Notes under the pieces: model-generated
Told to the model about the DNA's origin: nothing
The model's input: the letters and a program-made list of their open reading frames with translations, nothing else
Databases searched by the model: none
Source of the DNA: Lophium mytilinum
Lineage: Eukaryota
Direction: 5' to 3'
Assembly (NCBI GenBank): GCA_010093605.1
Contig: MU004191.1
Location: forward strand, 1,658,816 to 1,722,815
Length of the DNA: 64,000 bases
In this document: positions 12,758 through 26,900 of the stretch, in pieces
How positions within the stretch are numbered: position 1 is the first letter of the stretch
How the letters are laid out: every line of letters begins with the position of its first letter
Position numbers and translations under genes: made by a program

Positions 12758-14894
12758 TCACACATCCACTACACCCCCGACCCTTTCCTCTCCTTTCAGC
12801 CTGGCCCCCCCAACCCACCCCCCCATCCACAAAAACGTCGGCACCGCCGTCACCCCACTCAACAACCCCAACGTCCACCCCATAACCGCCCACCCCTCGC
12901 CCTCCCGCACAAACCCCGCCCACACCGGCCCAACCAAACACCCCGCCGCAAACGCCATGTTGAACAGCCCGTACGCCTGCGCGTACGCGCCCTGCGCGCC
13001 GAAGCCCGGCTTCCCCGCCTCGCGCATCCCGCGCTCTTTCGCTTCGACGACGAGCGTGATCTCGGCCATGAAGGGGGGGAAGGTGAGGGCGAGGGCAACG
13101 CCGATGATGGCGAGCAGGGCGCAGAAGAGGATCTTGGTGCCGAGCGTGTTGTGGGTGATGTAGCGGAGGCAGATGTAGGGGGGCGTGGCGAGGAGGAAGC
13201 CGAGGGTGGCGGGGTAGCGGGGGGTGTAGCGGTCGCAGAGGTAGCCGATTACTGGGTTAGGTTAGTGGATGGGGTGTGGGGAAGGGGAAGGGGAAGGTGG
13301 TCCGGGGATCTTGGGGAAGACGGTACGGTGGGAAAGTGGGTACAAGGGGAGGGAGGGGTAGATTGTCCGGGAGGAAGAAAGAGACGCTGTGTATGGAGGA
13401 AAAGGTACGTACGTGGAGCGGCAAAAGTGGGGAGCACGAGGGGGAGGAAGAGGAGGCCGGCGCCGGTGGAATTGAAGTGGAAGACTTCGGCGGCTTGGAG
13501 GGCGAGGACGGAGTCGAAGGCGGTCATGAGGACGGAGAGGACGAAGGCGCCCCAGAGGGCGGCGAGGAGGCGGCGGGAGTAGAGCAGGGAGAGGAGAGGT
13601 GGGAGGCGGTCTCGCAGGGGGCGAGCGGGGGATTGGATAGGTGGAGGGCCGGAGAATATGGTCGTCACCGGGGAGGGAGGAGCAAGGGTGGTCGTTGAGG
13701 TGCTCCTTTCGGGGCATTTTTCAACATCCTTCTCGGTACATCTTTCAACATCCTTCCCGGACTCAGGTAGTTGGGCCTGGGAGGATGGAAGCGTGGTATC
13801 TTCGGAGTTGATGGCAGACCCCAGGGTCGCTTCCTCGTCGTGGACGCTCGGTCTGAGACCAGCAGTACCGGTATGTCCTAAAGCATCTTGGGCATCAGGA
13901 TCCCACCGCGCGGCAACCTTTTTCTCGACTAGTGCTAGTCGCAAAATGATATCGAGTCCGATAATGGCGTAGGACATCCCGAATACGGCATTGTAGCCAG
14001 CGCGCTCAAAGACGACTCCTCCGAGGAGTGGCCCAACGAGCAGACCAAGGCTCATGCCAAGGCCTACCCATCCCATCGCTTGACTAATAGAGCGATACGG
14101 TACGGTATCGGCTAACAGTGCGAGACCAACCACCCAACTATGTGACGTTAGTCGCGTCATGACTCGGAGCTCGGAAAAGGACGGAAAATGGACACGGGTG
14201 GGAGAAGACCCACACAACGGCGGCAGAAGCGCCTTGGAGCACTCTAGCTACCACGAGGACGCTGACGCTGGAACCAACATTGAGCATCACGGTTGCGCCG
14301 AGGAGAGCGAGGAGTCCTAGGAGGAGAGGCGAGCGGCGGGAGGAAGATTGGTCGGCCAACCAGCCACATATTGCTGAACGAGGTTTAGAGCAAGCAAGCA
14401 TGAAGTCTGAAGACAGTACTTACGGCAGAATGCTAGTAGTGCCCCTCCGTACACAGCGATGAGGATGGAAACCCAGCTTTGGACTGTTCTTGTCAGAGAC
14501 TACACTTCGAGGAGATTATGACCAGGCTTGCAACGACGGATTTAGAAGAAGAGTTTGAGATCTAAAATCATAAAATACTCAAGGATAAGATCGAAAAGAA
14601 CTTACCATTCTCAAGGTCAATACCAACCCTACTTTGCAGCGCAAACGGAATGACGGGCACGATGCTCGAGTACAAAAACATATCCTACCACAGTCAATAA
14701 GTTGAACCTTTAGGTAGAAGGCAGAGAAATTGACGATAGATATGGGAAATAGCAAGAGAGAGTCGCACAGTAAACACAGCTAAAGTGATGGTGCCTGTGA
14801 TGAACGGTTCAGAAGATCTGATTTTCAAGAACATAGGCGGCTCGGACCCATGGTGCGTCAATGACGACAGCCATGCTGGATGAAATCCTCCCAT
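12758..14894 (-). CDS. MFS transporter, vesicular amine transporter-like, multi-exon
   Basis: ATG at 14894, first intron 14685-14768. Spliced segments: TLAVFT|DMFLYSSIVPVIPF, GWLADQSSSRR (MFS motif A), ARVLQGASAAVVW, GLLVGPLLGG, AYAQAYGLFNMAFAAG. About 12 hydrophobic helices. Confidence 0.9.
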
Positions 14895-16387
14895 TTTGAA
14901 GCGATATATGAAATACTAAGGAAAGAGTGGAGGTTGAATCTGATGTTCAGCAGAATGCATGGTAATAATGGCAGTGGAGACCAAGGAGCGACAGTGGGGC
15001 AATATGTAGCCATCATGACAGCGAAAAATCCGAGGCCCACTCTCCCATAACGGTCTTGCATGGGGTCGACTAGAGGTGTGCTAGAGACAACGGCGATAGG
15101 CACCGTCATGGGCTAGGGCCGGCACGACGACGGCCCTTCCGAGGTGGGCAATGATGGCTATGATCGCCGGCTGCGAGATTGGACGCTGCAATATTGTTTT
15201 GCAAAACTTGTCACATCTGTGACGATTTCGGTGCTAGTGGTAGAGGCGAATCAAGAGATGGAGAGGGTCGTGGAGGACGGAGAGCGCGCGGTTGGGTTTC
15301 GTGAGAGCGCCACAGCTTCCCCGGTCGTGCGTTCTTCTCCAGCGCGGCAGGTCCACGTTTCGGACAAATTCGTGGCTCGACAGGAATCTACAAGATAATT
15401 GAAATCTTCAGTACGATGAAGGACTTGCTTGAACATAGCGTGATTAAGGGGAGTCTGAAAGACAGTATGCATATGTGCTGTTCACGCTTTGGCAACTCCC
15501 GGCGCGCGGAATACTTCTCACGTCGTCTCCATAGACTACCGTAGAGTTTCTGGATATACCACGCCAATCCTGGCCCGCTAGTCGATCACTTAGACCGATC
15601 CGAGTTGACATGGGTCCAAAGGAGGCTGCTAGGCGCCCCATCGGCCCACAACTTAGCTCGCTGGCGTTGAGCTGATACGTTGAATACTGTAAGCATAACA
15701 TAGCGTCCCAAGACTGGCGTCGTATGTTCAGAAACTATCCGCTACGCAGGAAGTCGCTTGCAAGGACATTGAAAGGGCTAACCCGGACGAATATGAAGTA
15801 AGCGAACACAGGGGATGAAGCTCTAGGATTGGAGGATTCTTGATGGATGTGATAGACTTCCTTTCTTGTCCTATTCGATAGGTATCCACCTAGCCTCAGC
15901 CTAGTCTGGGTTGGATGGCCATGTGACTATGGTCAAACTCAAGCTATCGTCAAGAATATCAATAGATCGAAACACCACCATTTAGCGTCCGCCGTTGCCG
16001 GGAAATAAGGAAGGTTGATCTCTTTTGGGGCGTGATAGGTAGCCGTTGCGTTCGTTTATCGTCTTCTTTCCGTCCCCACTTTCCATTGGCTGGCTTCGTG
16101 GCGCGTATGCAAGACATGCTTCAGAGGATCAAAATGGTGACTCGGCGAGGATGTGACGACTTCAGTTTGTGTTTTGTTCGTGTCGGATGAGGAGAGATGG
16201 AGTCAGATTGCTCTCTTCACTGGCAACGTCGAGCAGTTCAGCAGGGAAGACCCATGCTTCACCACGTCACACATAGTTCCTCATCTCGAACCTCTCAATA
16301 CATTTATCACGACACTATAGTCTAGACCCAGTAAACGAGACCTCTCGATCATACCTCTACCACAACAGTACACTCTAAGCCGCCGAA

Positions 16388-16850
16388 ATGGCTACCGCTT
16401 TAACCCGCTTCACTCTAATCTTCTACACTCCCCCCTCCGCCCTCGCTGCCTGCAAAACCGCCATCTTCGCCGCTGGCGCAGGGCGCTACCCGGGGCCTGG
16501 TAACTACACTGAGTGCGCATGGGTCGCAACAGGCACTGAACAGTTCCGGCCTGGCGACACTGCGAACCCGCATATTGGAAAGGTCGGAGCGCTGGAGGAG
16601 GTAGAGGAGGCGAGGGTGGAGACACTGTGTGTGGGAGAGCAGGTTGTGAGAAAGGCGGTTGCGGCTTTGAAGGGGTGAGTCTCCTTAGTCTCAAGATCTA
16701 ACTCTCTATCGTGGGAATAGTCTCCGGAGAAGCGACCGTCGCGTCGGCGTCTCGGGCTTGATACAGTGCGGTCATCAGTCTGACAGTCTGTCTAGAGCTC
16801 ACCCGTATGAGGAGCCGGCGTATGCTGTCTACAAGATCGAGGACTTCTGA
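16388..16850 (+). CDS. Small stand-alone NIF3/YqfO PII-like (GlnB-like fold) domain protein (2 exons)
   Basis: AIFAAGAG...GNYTECAW...GTEQFRPGDTANPHIG...EEARVETLC. Intron 16675-16795, then AHPYEEPAYAVYKIEDF* with TGA ending at 16850. Confidence 0.88.
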
Positions 16851-17904
16851 ACAAAGGACTGCGACTGCGATATCCCCGTTCTCGAGACATGCTGGAGTAA
16901 GGGTCGATATCATCGTCCTTGCTAGAGGGCTTCATGAGGCTTCTTGTGTTATGAAGGCTGAAAAGCTGGATTCTTGGAGTCGTCCGATTTGTGTCTTGCT
17001 TGAGACACTAGAAACATTAGGGCCAAACATATTCTCCCATTATTCAGGTGCACACCAGGTTCAGAGAACATGACGGTGTTAAAGTAGAGTCTGATGTCGG
17101 AATCACGTGGCGCGATGATTTAGCACTACTCAACTGTGGAACTAAGGAACGCGGTGAACACTATTCTGACCCACGTGGTTGACATAATTACATGGAACCC
17201 GTATGTATGCCGGCAAAGGCGGCCTCTTTCAAATGTTGATGTCTAGAGTCAGGAGTTCTTTCAGATGTCAGGCAGGTCTCAGACGGTCGCGGCTGAATGT
17301 ATCCAAGCTTCCAATCCCTGACGTCAATCTGGGCTGATGAGGGCGAGACTGCGAGTACCTTCTGTGACACTGCAATGATGCCACAAAAGAGCAGCTGAAG
17401 GGAGACGAGGGCACTGCGCACGCGTCAGTGTTATGGAGGCGCCGCGCGTAACCGGAGCTCTGGAAAATATTTTGCGCGTCTTCGTCTCCTCTCCACAGGG
17501 GGATTTAGGGGTTGGGGCGACGAATGCTACTAGACCTCTTCCGCTGTAGATCGGACGATAGCCGTGCCGTGACTGAGAGTCGAGACCCACCGGAGATCTC
17601 TCGACTGCCGAGAACTGGCAGGCGGAGACTCGCAGCTTCACCAATTCACTGTCCAACCTTGTTTCACAGGCCCCCATGCCCGCCCCAAGCCTACTCCGCT
17701 GCCGTTATCGCCTGTCGCCGCCCGCTGCAGTGTGAATGCACCCCCGCCCAGCTTTCCGCCCTCGACTGGTCTGGCCCCGAGCTCGTGAGGCTGTCTGTGA
17801 CATCTCCTTAGCCTCCGCCCCGCCGCGCTCCTCCAGCATTCCAAAGTTCCTTGTGCCGTCATACGCCCCTCGGACTGTTTCGTGAGTCCCCGCGGACAGC
17901 GTCT

Positions 17905-20900
17905 ATGAGCCGGCAGGCGAAAAGCATCTTTACTGGATCCTCCGCTGCCAATTCCACCCCCACCGAAGCTGAGAACCGCCGTCTGAGCACTCCCGAGTAC
18001 CAGAAAACCCTCCTCAATCACGCCGATCCAGCGCCGTCGACCTCGAATCCGAAAAAACCTCCCAGCGTACCCGCCCCTTCATGGCCGCCTTCGAACACCA
18101 CTGAGGAGCCCGCCCGTCGCAGGCCGTCCACGGTATCAGCCCGTCCAGCTGTCCCAGTCTCCGGTGGTCACTTCACCACCCCGTCTGCGCCGGGTCGAAA
18201 GCGCCCATCGCATCCAGACGACGCCCCTGCGACCCAGACACCCTCGAGCGAGCCATTGCACAAGAGACGTCGACTCAATGCCCGCCCACGATACTCCCTA
18301 GACCACTTCAACTTTCCACTCGGCCCCATCGCCTCGAACGACCAGCCCCCTTCGCCACTCTTCTTCTCCAACAAGCGCAGGAAGAGGCCTCAGCTCCCAC
18401 CTCGATTTTCCAGCGGAGAGGCCGCGGCCAGAATGCTGAGCAATACACGTAGCGAAGATACCGGCATCAAAACCGTGACGTTGGCGAGGGGAACCTTCAG
18501 CGGGCTCAGTCCACCGGGATCAGGCTTCACAAGTGCCCCGAGCGGTCGAAGTTCGGAGCCTGGCAGCCTTGCAGGCACCGCGTCGCCAGACAGCAGCAGT
18601 GACAGGAGCGGTCTCCTTCGTATACTTGGGTCAATTGGCATAGTAGAATTATTAGAACAGGATCAGCGTCCTACTTTCATTGTTGATGTAGGAGATGCGC
18701 CGTCGACGCCAGGACCTTTGCAGATCATGTTCGCCAATTCTGCCCTCCGTTCCGCGCCGGCATTGGTGGCAGTAGTGACTGGAAGGTCGCCAGATGCTTC
18801 GCCAGTAACCCCCCTTGCCAGTGCTTCATCACAGTTTCGGGGATGGTTAATAGGCACTGTTGCACTAGGCGATAGCCCTGATGTCCACCCTCCCCCGGTA
18901 GAGCACGGAGGAATGATATGGCAATGTTCGACCCTAAGAAAGCGACTACGAGTGGTCAGCGGGAGCTATTCTTCTTCCTTATCTCCTAGTTTACCCTCCA
19001 ATAAGCCTCGCAATGGAACAGCTCCTACTTCAAGCTCCCAGGAACCAACATCAAGTAGCCAGGGTCTTTCCTCGGGGTCAGTGGGCCAGCACACTACTTC
19101 CACCGAAGAGCCGCAAGACTATTTTGGTACCACAGCTACTCTACCACCCACACCGGAAGTTCAAGAAGAAAATAATGATGCAATAACCACCATTGAACAC
19201 CCTATGAATGGCAATGAGGACATCGTCTTCAATGCAACAGACTGGGGCAATCCCAGCGGCGGCTCTGAGATCCCACAAAGTCTTGCCGCCTTTTCTTCCT
19301 ATGCAGAGTGCGTAGCCCGAGCAACATCAGCGAAAGATATTGACTCATTCTCCAGGGACGCAAATAATATGCCCAAAGAAATGGGCTTCTTCGATTGGAC
19401 CCGTCTCCCTATAACAGACAATCTGCCCCGACATATTCAATTTGCACGAAGTATCGATTGGGCGTCCACGCCTCTCGGCCCGATCGAATTCTGGTCCTCC
19501 GATCTTCGGCAGATGTGCAACTTGATTATGGCCAGTCCTCATCCAGCGGCGATGTATTGGGGCGATGACCTCGTAGCCATCTATAACGAAGCCTACGTAC
19601 TGTTGGCGGGACAGAAGCACCCGACGTTGATGGGGCAGAGCTACAAGGACGCATGGGCTGAGATTTGGGACGAAGTGAAGGACGTGTTTGCGAATGCGAG
19701 ACTGACGGGCGAGGCAACAATGAAGGTTCGTTTTTTGTGTGCATTCTCGGATTTGTCGCTGATTTTTCCAAGGATGATGACTGCCTGTTCATCATGCGAA
19801 ACGATTATTTAGAAGAAACTTACTTTTCGTGGTCGATAATACCAATGGTGGGCGGTGATGGCAGCGTTATGGGTCTATATAACCCCGCGTTCGAAAAGAC
19901 TAGGCGGAAAATTGCCGAGAGACGTATGTTGACATTGCGGGAAGTCGGAGAACGAACAGCGACTGCGCGAGACATGAAGGGATTCTGGCATCAGGTCCTC
20001 GGTGCCTTAGACATTAACGAACTAGACGCTCCTATGGTACTGCTATACTCTGTTTCCGACGATTCAGATAGTGATTGCTCGTCCATCCATTCGAGCAGTC
20101 TGCTGGGAACGAAAGTCTGCTATTTGGAGGGTGTGCTAGGCGTACCCAAAGACCATCCGGCCGCTCCGGATCACATTGACTTGAAGGAGGGGAACGAAGG
20201 ATTCGGACCCGTCTTCCGCGAAGTCATGAAAACTGACAAGCCAGTATTACTCGATATCGGAACCGGAGATCTCCCTGCGAATATGATGGAGGGACTGGAC
20301 TGGCGCGGCTTTGGTGATGCTTGTCGACAGGTGGTCGTTTGCCCCATTCATCCAACCACTGGCGACTCGATACTTGGATTTCTAGTCATGGGCGTAAATC
20401 CTCGAAGACCGTACGACGATGACTACACCTTGTTTGTCCAGCTTTTATCCCGACAACTGGCGACATCGCTGGCCTCAGTCGTTCTGTTTGAAGAAGAAAT
20501 ACGGAGAGGGCAAAAGGCCGCGAAATTGGCCGCAGAGGATCGGATAAACCTCTCAGAACAACTTGCGGCACGTACTCAAGAAGCAAAGGACAGCGAAACA
20601 AGATTCACCAGGATGGCAGAGTATTCTCCCGCAGGCTTGTTCATTGCAGACTCCGAAGGCCACATCACTTACTGCAACGATACGTGGTATGAAATCTCTC
20701 GTGTGCCTAGGAACACCAATAGTACGGATAGGTGGATAGAATCTGTCAAAGAGGAAGATCAAGCACTAGTCAGGACTCTCTGGCTAGAATTAGTCGAAGA
20801 GACCAAATCAATCAACGTCGAATTCCGGTTCAAGGCTTCTTGGGAAGACAGGAACGGCAACAAGGGTGATACATGGGTCCTGTTTAGCGCCTTCCCTGAA

Positions 20901-22651
20901 GTTCACGCAGCCGGAATGCTCAAGAGTGTCTTCGGGAGCATTACAAACATTAGCCAGCAGAAGTGGGCCGAGGGATTCCAGAAAAGGAAGATGGAGGAGG
21001 CGGTTGAGCTCAAGCGGCAACAGGAGAACTTCATCGACATCACGAGTCATGAGATGCGCAATCCTCTCAGTGCTATTCTGCAGTGCGCTGACGAGATATC
21101 GAGCTCGCTGAACGACTTCAAGTCCACAGGAGTCGCGGGAATCCCTACCGACATTGTGAACAGCAACATCGACGCGGCTCAGACTATAGCGCTTTGTGCG
21201 CAACATCAGAAACGCATCGTTGACGACGTTCTGACGCTTTCGAAGCTCGATTCAGCCATGCTCATGGTGACTCCCGTGGATTGTCAGCCGTTGGATGTCG
21301 TGCAAAGAGCGTTGAAGATGTTTGAAGGAGAGGTTCTGACCGCTGACATTTCAATGAAGTTCGTGATCAGCGACTCCTTCAAGAAACTGGAGATAGACTG
21401 GGTCAAATTGGATCCTTCACGAGTCCTTCAAGTTCTCATCAACCTCACCACAAACGCAATCAAGTTCACGACCACAGAATCGAAGCGCACAATCACCGTG
21501 CGGGTCTCTGCATCACGCGAACGGCCTTCAGAGAGCGATGACTCCACTGTCAGCTTCTTTCCTACACGATCTAAGCGTGCCGATCAGACCAAAGGGGTCG
21601 ATTGGGGTACTGGGGAAGAAGTATACCTGCAATTCGCCGTACAGGATACCGGCCGTGGCCTCAACGAAGCAGAAAAGAAGCTGCTCTTCCAGCGCTTCTC
21701 TCAAGCCAGCCCCAGGACGCACGTCCAGTACGGAGGCTCGGGTCTGGGCCTCTTCATCTCTCGTGAGCTCACCGAGCTCCAAGGCGGCGAGATAGGCGTT
21801 GCGTCAGAGTCTGGAATTGGTAGTACCTTCGCTTTCTACGTCAAATGCCGGAAGACGTCCCCTCCCAAGGATCCAACGGAGAACATGCACGTCTCAATAG
21901 CACGCGCCAACTCTGACGCACGTGCGAAAGCACGGCAAGAGCATCCCAAGGTCAAAGACTTCGCTGCTCCAAAAGGCACGCCGGTGGACAACATGCGGCA
22001 GAAGCGCTCCCACCTCACCGTTCTGATCGTTGAAGACAACCTCGGTTTGTCTCCACCCACTCCCTTTTCAGACTCTCCTCCAGCTAACACACTCTAGTCA
22101 ACCAACGCGTCCTCCAGAAACAGCTCAAAAACCAAGGCATCACAGTCCACGTCGCCAACCACGGCGGCGAGTGCCTCGACCACCTCCGCAAATCGCGCTA
22201 CTGGCACGAGAACGGGCCCGACGCCGTCGAGCTCGGCGTGCTGCTCATGGACCAGGAGATGCCCGTCATGGACGGCTTGGAGTGCACGCGCACGATTCGC
22301 ACGTGGGAGGCCGAGGGCAAGCTGCGGAAGCACGTGCCGATCATTGCGGTCACGGCGAATGCGCGGAGTGAGCAGATTGCGGCGCTGATGAATGCGGGGA
22401 TGGTGAGTGTTTTTGATATTTCTTGTTTCCATCACAGAGGAAGAAAGATTTGGACAGAGAGAGCGTCGGGGCTAACTTGTGTGTGTGTGTTGCAGGACGA
22501 CGTCGTCTCCAAACCCTTCCGCATCCCCGAACTCGTGCCTAAGATCGAGGAGCTGGGCGCGAAGTACCCGAGTAGCCCGGAGCCGTCGCCGCCGGCGCCG
22601 CCGGTGGCTGAGGTGCCCAGTCTGTTGCTGCACCCGGCGGCAGCGTTATGA
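17905..22651 (+). CDS. Hybrid sensor histidine kinase/response regulator (PAS/GAF-like, HisKA, HATPase, receiver)
   Basis: H-box ITSHEMRNPL, N-box NLTTNAIKF, G1 VQDTGRGL, G2 GGSGLGL; receiver LIVEDNLVNQ, LMDQEMPVMDG, VTANA, SKPF. Introns 19726-19772 (AAG acceptor), 22045-22097 and 22403-22495. Confidence 0.95.
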
Positions 22652-23598
22652 CCTAGGGAGCGTCAGCAGGATACAATTTAGTTCGTTATGATAGGCCTGT
22701 CTCGGATTACTTCCTTCTGCTTTGTGGAGAAATCGGTTCTGCGCGGCCTGCATTGGGCGGGGCGTTTTCTGAGGGATCGCATACCTTGGCTCACCATACC
22801 CCTCGGATCTTATTATACGGGCAGGCAAGCTGGCGTTCTTTGAATCTCGGAGTGCGACAAGCATGCTTCGCATTCCAGACGCCCTGTTCTTCTTGAATTT
22901 ACAGCGCTTTCAGGGGCGTAAATCTCGGTGTTCCTCTCTCTTTCTTTGGGGGGTTCTGTTCTTGAGCGATTTGTATCCGCATTGGGCCGGTGAGAAGACT
23001 GGGTTTTCCAATGGCGTTTTAGGGGTTGAGTAGAGAGCTACGGCTGGCTCTGTGATGGGGAGGATTGTAGAATAAGTAAGAGGTTGATCAAGATTGAAGG
23101 AGTGAAAATGGAGGGGAGGTAGAGGAAGCTGTAGATGAATGATAAAGGGCGAAGAGCTCGTTCTGAATCATGATTTGTAGGACTGGACACCCACTCAAAT
23201 TCCATATCTCCACCGTGACAGCAAGTCTCAAACACCACCAGCGATCAAAACACCCCCGTAACTGAAGTCTGGGACACACTCAAATTCTAAAGTCTGCATT
23301 GGACTATCATACAATCACACGAATGTACCTGCCGGATACCCTGGTCCTTGGATTTCCATACTCCATTCATTACCATACTCCATCCATTATCACCTCACTC
23401 CACCATAAAGAAAACACACAATAACCTCACTACTCGAAAAAAAGGGAACAAACCAAAGAAAACATAATCATGCTGTCCTTAAGTCATGCTGTCGTGTCGC
23501 TTTTCCGCCGTAATCCAGACATCGTTTTTAGGAGGAAAGAGGGGGGAAATGAACCGGAAATGCGGTCCGGGGTTATCCACCATGTCGAACCTCGCCGT

Positions 23599-23658
23599 TG
23601 AAAGGTATGCTGATGAAAGGTATGTCGGTGAAAGGTATGCTGGTGAAAGGTATGTCGA
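23599..23658. repeat. Four 15-bp tandem units (TGAAAGGTATG core)
   Basis: tgaaaggtatgctga / tgaaaggtatgtcgg / tgaaaggtatgctgg / tgaaaggtatgtcga. Confidence 0.9.
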
Positions 23659-23921
23659 AAGCGTCGTCGTATGCTCCGCCGTATGCAACGTCGATCCGGT
23701 GAACCGGTGAACCGTTCTCCAACCGCCATACTTTCCAACCATACCTCCAACCAAAACCTTTTCGAACCTATCATCTTCACCACTCCTGTGCAATTCTCCG
23801 CTGCCACCCGTGATTCATACTCCATACTCCGTCTTCCCCAGGTTGCCGGTAAGCCATGACACCGTCTCTCGCCCACCAACCGCCATCGCTAAACTTCGCT
23901 GAAAGAGATGTCCGCACGTAC

Positions 23922-26900
23922 CTAGTGATCAGGCGCACACTTATTGCAACTCGTAGTCAGCGACTCCACCGCCTGCACCACGTCAAATACGCCGCACACA
24001 AGCTTAGGCGGATTACCCGCTGCCGGAGTCCTAGAGTTCACGCTCGCGCTCTTGTACTGCGGGGGTACGGGGTTCGGGAACGGCGCAGTACTAGACAGCG
24101 GCATACCAGCCGAAGCGACGCGCTGGCCGGCAATGCGGCCGTAGTAGACGTAGCCCTGGTCGCTCTGGCGCTTGCGAGGGCGCGGACTACGCTGTCTGGG
24201 GCCATATGTAGAGTAGTCGCCGGTGGCGTCATGGCCTCTGGCGGCGCTGGGAGAACCTGTATAGCCTGTTTCGGGGTCAGCCACGTTTTGTCTCCATCTA
24301 GTCACATATTCTTCGAGAGTTTCGATGGTGTGGGCTGATATTGTACCGGGTGAGGAGTCATTTCTCTCCCTTCGGTAAGCTCCACCGTGAGGGTAGTCCT
24401 TTGCTTGGACCTCGTCGAACTGCCTCGCAAATGGGACGGAGGCAGAATCACCTTGTCCGAAAGATGGCCCTTGGTCTTGGATGCGCCCGCCAAGGTGGTC
24501 GAACGTTGCTTGTGCGTAGGCAGCAAGGGACGCAAAGCCCTGAGGGGGCACCGGGTACTGGCTACTTGTCGCTTGCGGGTAGGTAGAATACGAGCTCATG
24601 CCTTGGTGCGGTCCCTGGTCTTGGACCGGATAATCGATCGTCGCCTGTCCATACGAGGGATGGGAAGAATGTCCGATCTTGAATGTTCCTTCGGTGTTCT
24701 GAGACCTGTCGATCTTGTTCTTCAGCTTGTACTTGCACTGCTTCTTTTTCGGACTCCGATTCCGCGAGGGCGAGTAAGCTGGTGCTTTCGGCGCAGTCTC
24801 CGTTGGTGGATAGGCGGGGTAAGATGCTGGCCCCTTTAAAGCCTTCTTTGATCGATATGAAGACTGAGGATTTGGCCCTTGTGGTGCAATTGGCATTGGC
24901 TGATACGCAGAGTAAGCCAGGTCTTGCTCCGTTGGGTCGAGGTAAAACGAGCTTTGATGCTGGCTGTAGTCCTGCGGCTCATCGAAGGGAGGGCCTGGAT
25001 TGGCGAAGCCGGCATTACTGAACTTGGGTACGAACACGGGGGCCGTTGCCCTCAAAGAGCCTAAAGCCGATTTTGGTTCGACCTGGGCCAATTCCTGCGC
25101 GGCATCCGCTGATCCCTGCTGAACAGCTCCAACTGACGGCGGCCGGGGGACGGAAGCATCTGAGGATAGTTCCTTGGACCAAGACTGAAGCTTTGAAACT
25201 CTACGAATAGTTGGGATTGGCGATGGAGAAGCGGGTACCTTTGAAGATGCTTCTGTGGATGAAGCTGCCCGTTTCAAAGCTTTACGGCCGCGTACTTCGC
25301 CTGGGACGTTCTTGCCCGCCTCGATGGGACTGTCCCTCCCGTCACGCTCAGGGACCGTTGACATTTTTCCCGATTTCTTGTGTGAGGAACTCTGCTCTCC
25401 GACCGTTTCTTCTCCCAACACAGGGAAAGCAAGGGTAGCTTTGGGTCTGCTAACGAGCTCAGCGGGCGGATCGCATCCTATGAAAAGCATAGACCCAGAA
25501 GAATTGGTACGTGCGGTTCCAGCACTGAGCATTGTAACTGCATCTACGCCTTCGTCTTCGTCATGGACGGTGTCCATATTTTCGGTTCGTCGAGTGATAG
25601 GAGAAGCGCTGAGTGTGTCGGTAGGACGTTCTAATACCGCGATATTCCCGATCTTCATATTGACCTTGGTCTGCCCTCCCAAGTCTGGAGAGTGCACTTC
25701 TGATTCTGGGAGAGGAATTCGGATTTCAGGGGCTGTACTAGCCTCAGTGCCGAAGCTTGCTTTCCGATCAGTTGTCCTTTGGTTGATGAACTCCATGATA
25801 TCAGACCGGGCGCTGAACGAATCTGCAGTCGAGCGGCGAGGTCTAGTTGCCGGCAGGGGAATTTGAGACACTGGTGAAGACGGTATGATTTGGGGTGCCT
25901 TCGAGGTCGGCTGGATTTGTTTCGGAGTCTTGGTTTCGTTGGTTGAGGATCCAGAAGTGACTACAGAAAGTTTCGGCCGTGCGGCCTTCCGCAGCTTGAT
26001 AGTACTAACTTGGGATGCGGACGCCTGACTCTTCACTATGCTCTGCTCAAACAATTCCACGTTAGCAAAGGTCAGCTTAGGAAAAGGCTCCGCTTGGGTC
26101 ATCTCCTCCGCTGCAGTCGAGTAGCTGTGGTCAGAGCTGCTTGTAGAAGCATGACTCACTGGCGAACCCCGCGCAGTACCATACACCGACTCCAGCGGAG
26201 AATGTGGCTGGGGACTAGCCTCCTTCGCGGTGGAGGAAACCGTAGACCTCGTGGGAGAGAGAGTGATCTTAATCGTGTTCGTTCGTCGTGGGGACTCGCG
26301 ACTCGGAGATCCCGAAGAAGAATCTTTGAGGGCACTCTTCGAAGACATAGATTGTAGCTTCTTGTTGGACAGAGGTTCAGGACGGCTGAGTGGATGCTCA
26401 ACAGATCGGGCATCTCCCTCTACTAGATCCACAGCCTCCATTGCAAAGGGGGTCGATGCCTCAGCGGTATTTTCCTTGCGTGACACCGTTTCTCGTCTTC
26501 CTTTGATCATCTTCTGGCGGTCTTTTGCTGTCTTGCTCGGCTCGATTGGCGACGAATGCTTTGACCCACGCGCTGCGGCTCGCCGAGCGGTCTCCAGGTG
26601 TGGTCCTCTGGACTCGGTCGGGCGACGGGATACCGATTTGCGAGGGCTCGATGGGCAAGCCGTTTGGGTCAAAGGGGACATGGAGGTGGGATTGGGAGTG
26701 TCTTCTAATGCTAGAGCGTTAGCTTTTGGATTAGTGATGGATGGTACTGGTGACTTACCCGGCGACATGGGAAAGCTGGGGACTTGGGACAGCATGCTTG
26801 TAGGCTCACCAGTCGGGCTGCCCAACCAAAGTAGTTCATCCAGGGATGCTTCCATGTCGTATTTACGAGAACTGCTTGATTGGAGTTCTTGCGAGTCCGT

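Noticed and set aside
12621..13698. Long plus-strand Pro/Gly-rich ORFs
   Set aside because: Antisense shadows of the G-rich MFS transporter gene.
17094..17186. Degenerate inverted repeat around two CACGTG boxes
   Set aside because: Short, driven by the palindromic E-box, and no TSD.
23599..23658. CRISPR-like array
   Set aside because: Contiguous tandem units without unique spacers, eukaryotic context, no cas genes.
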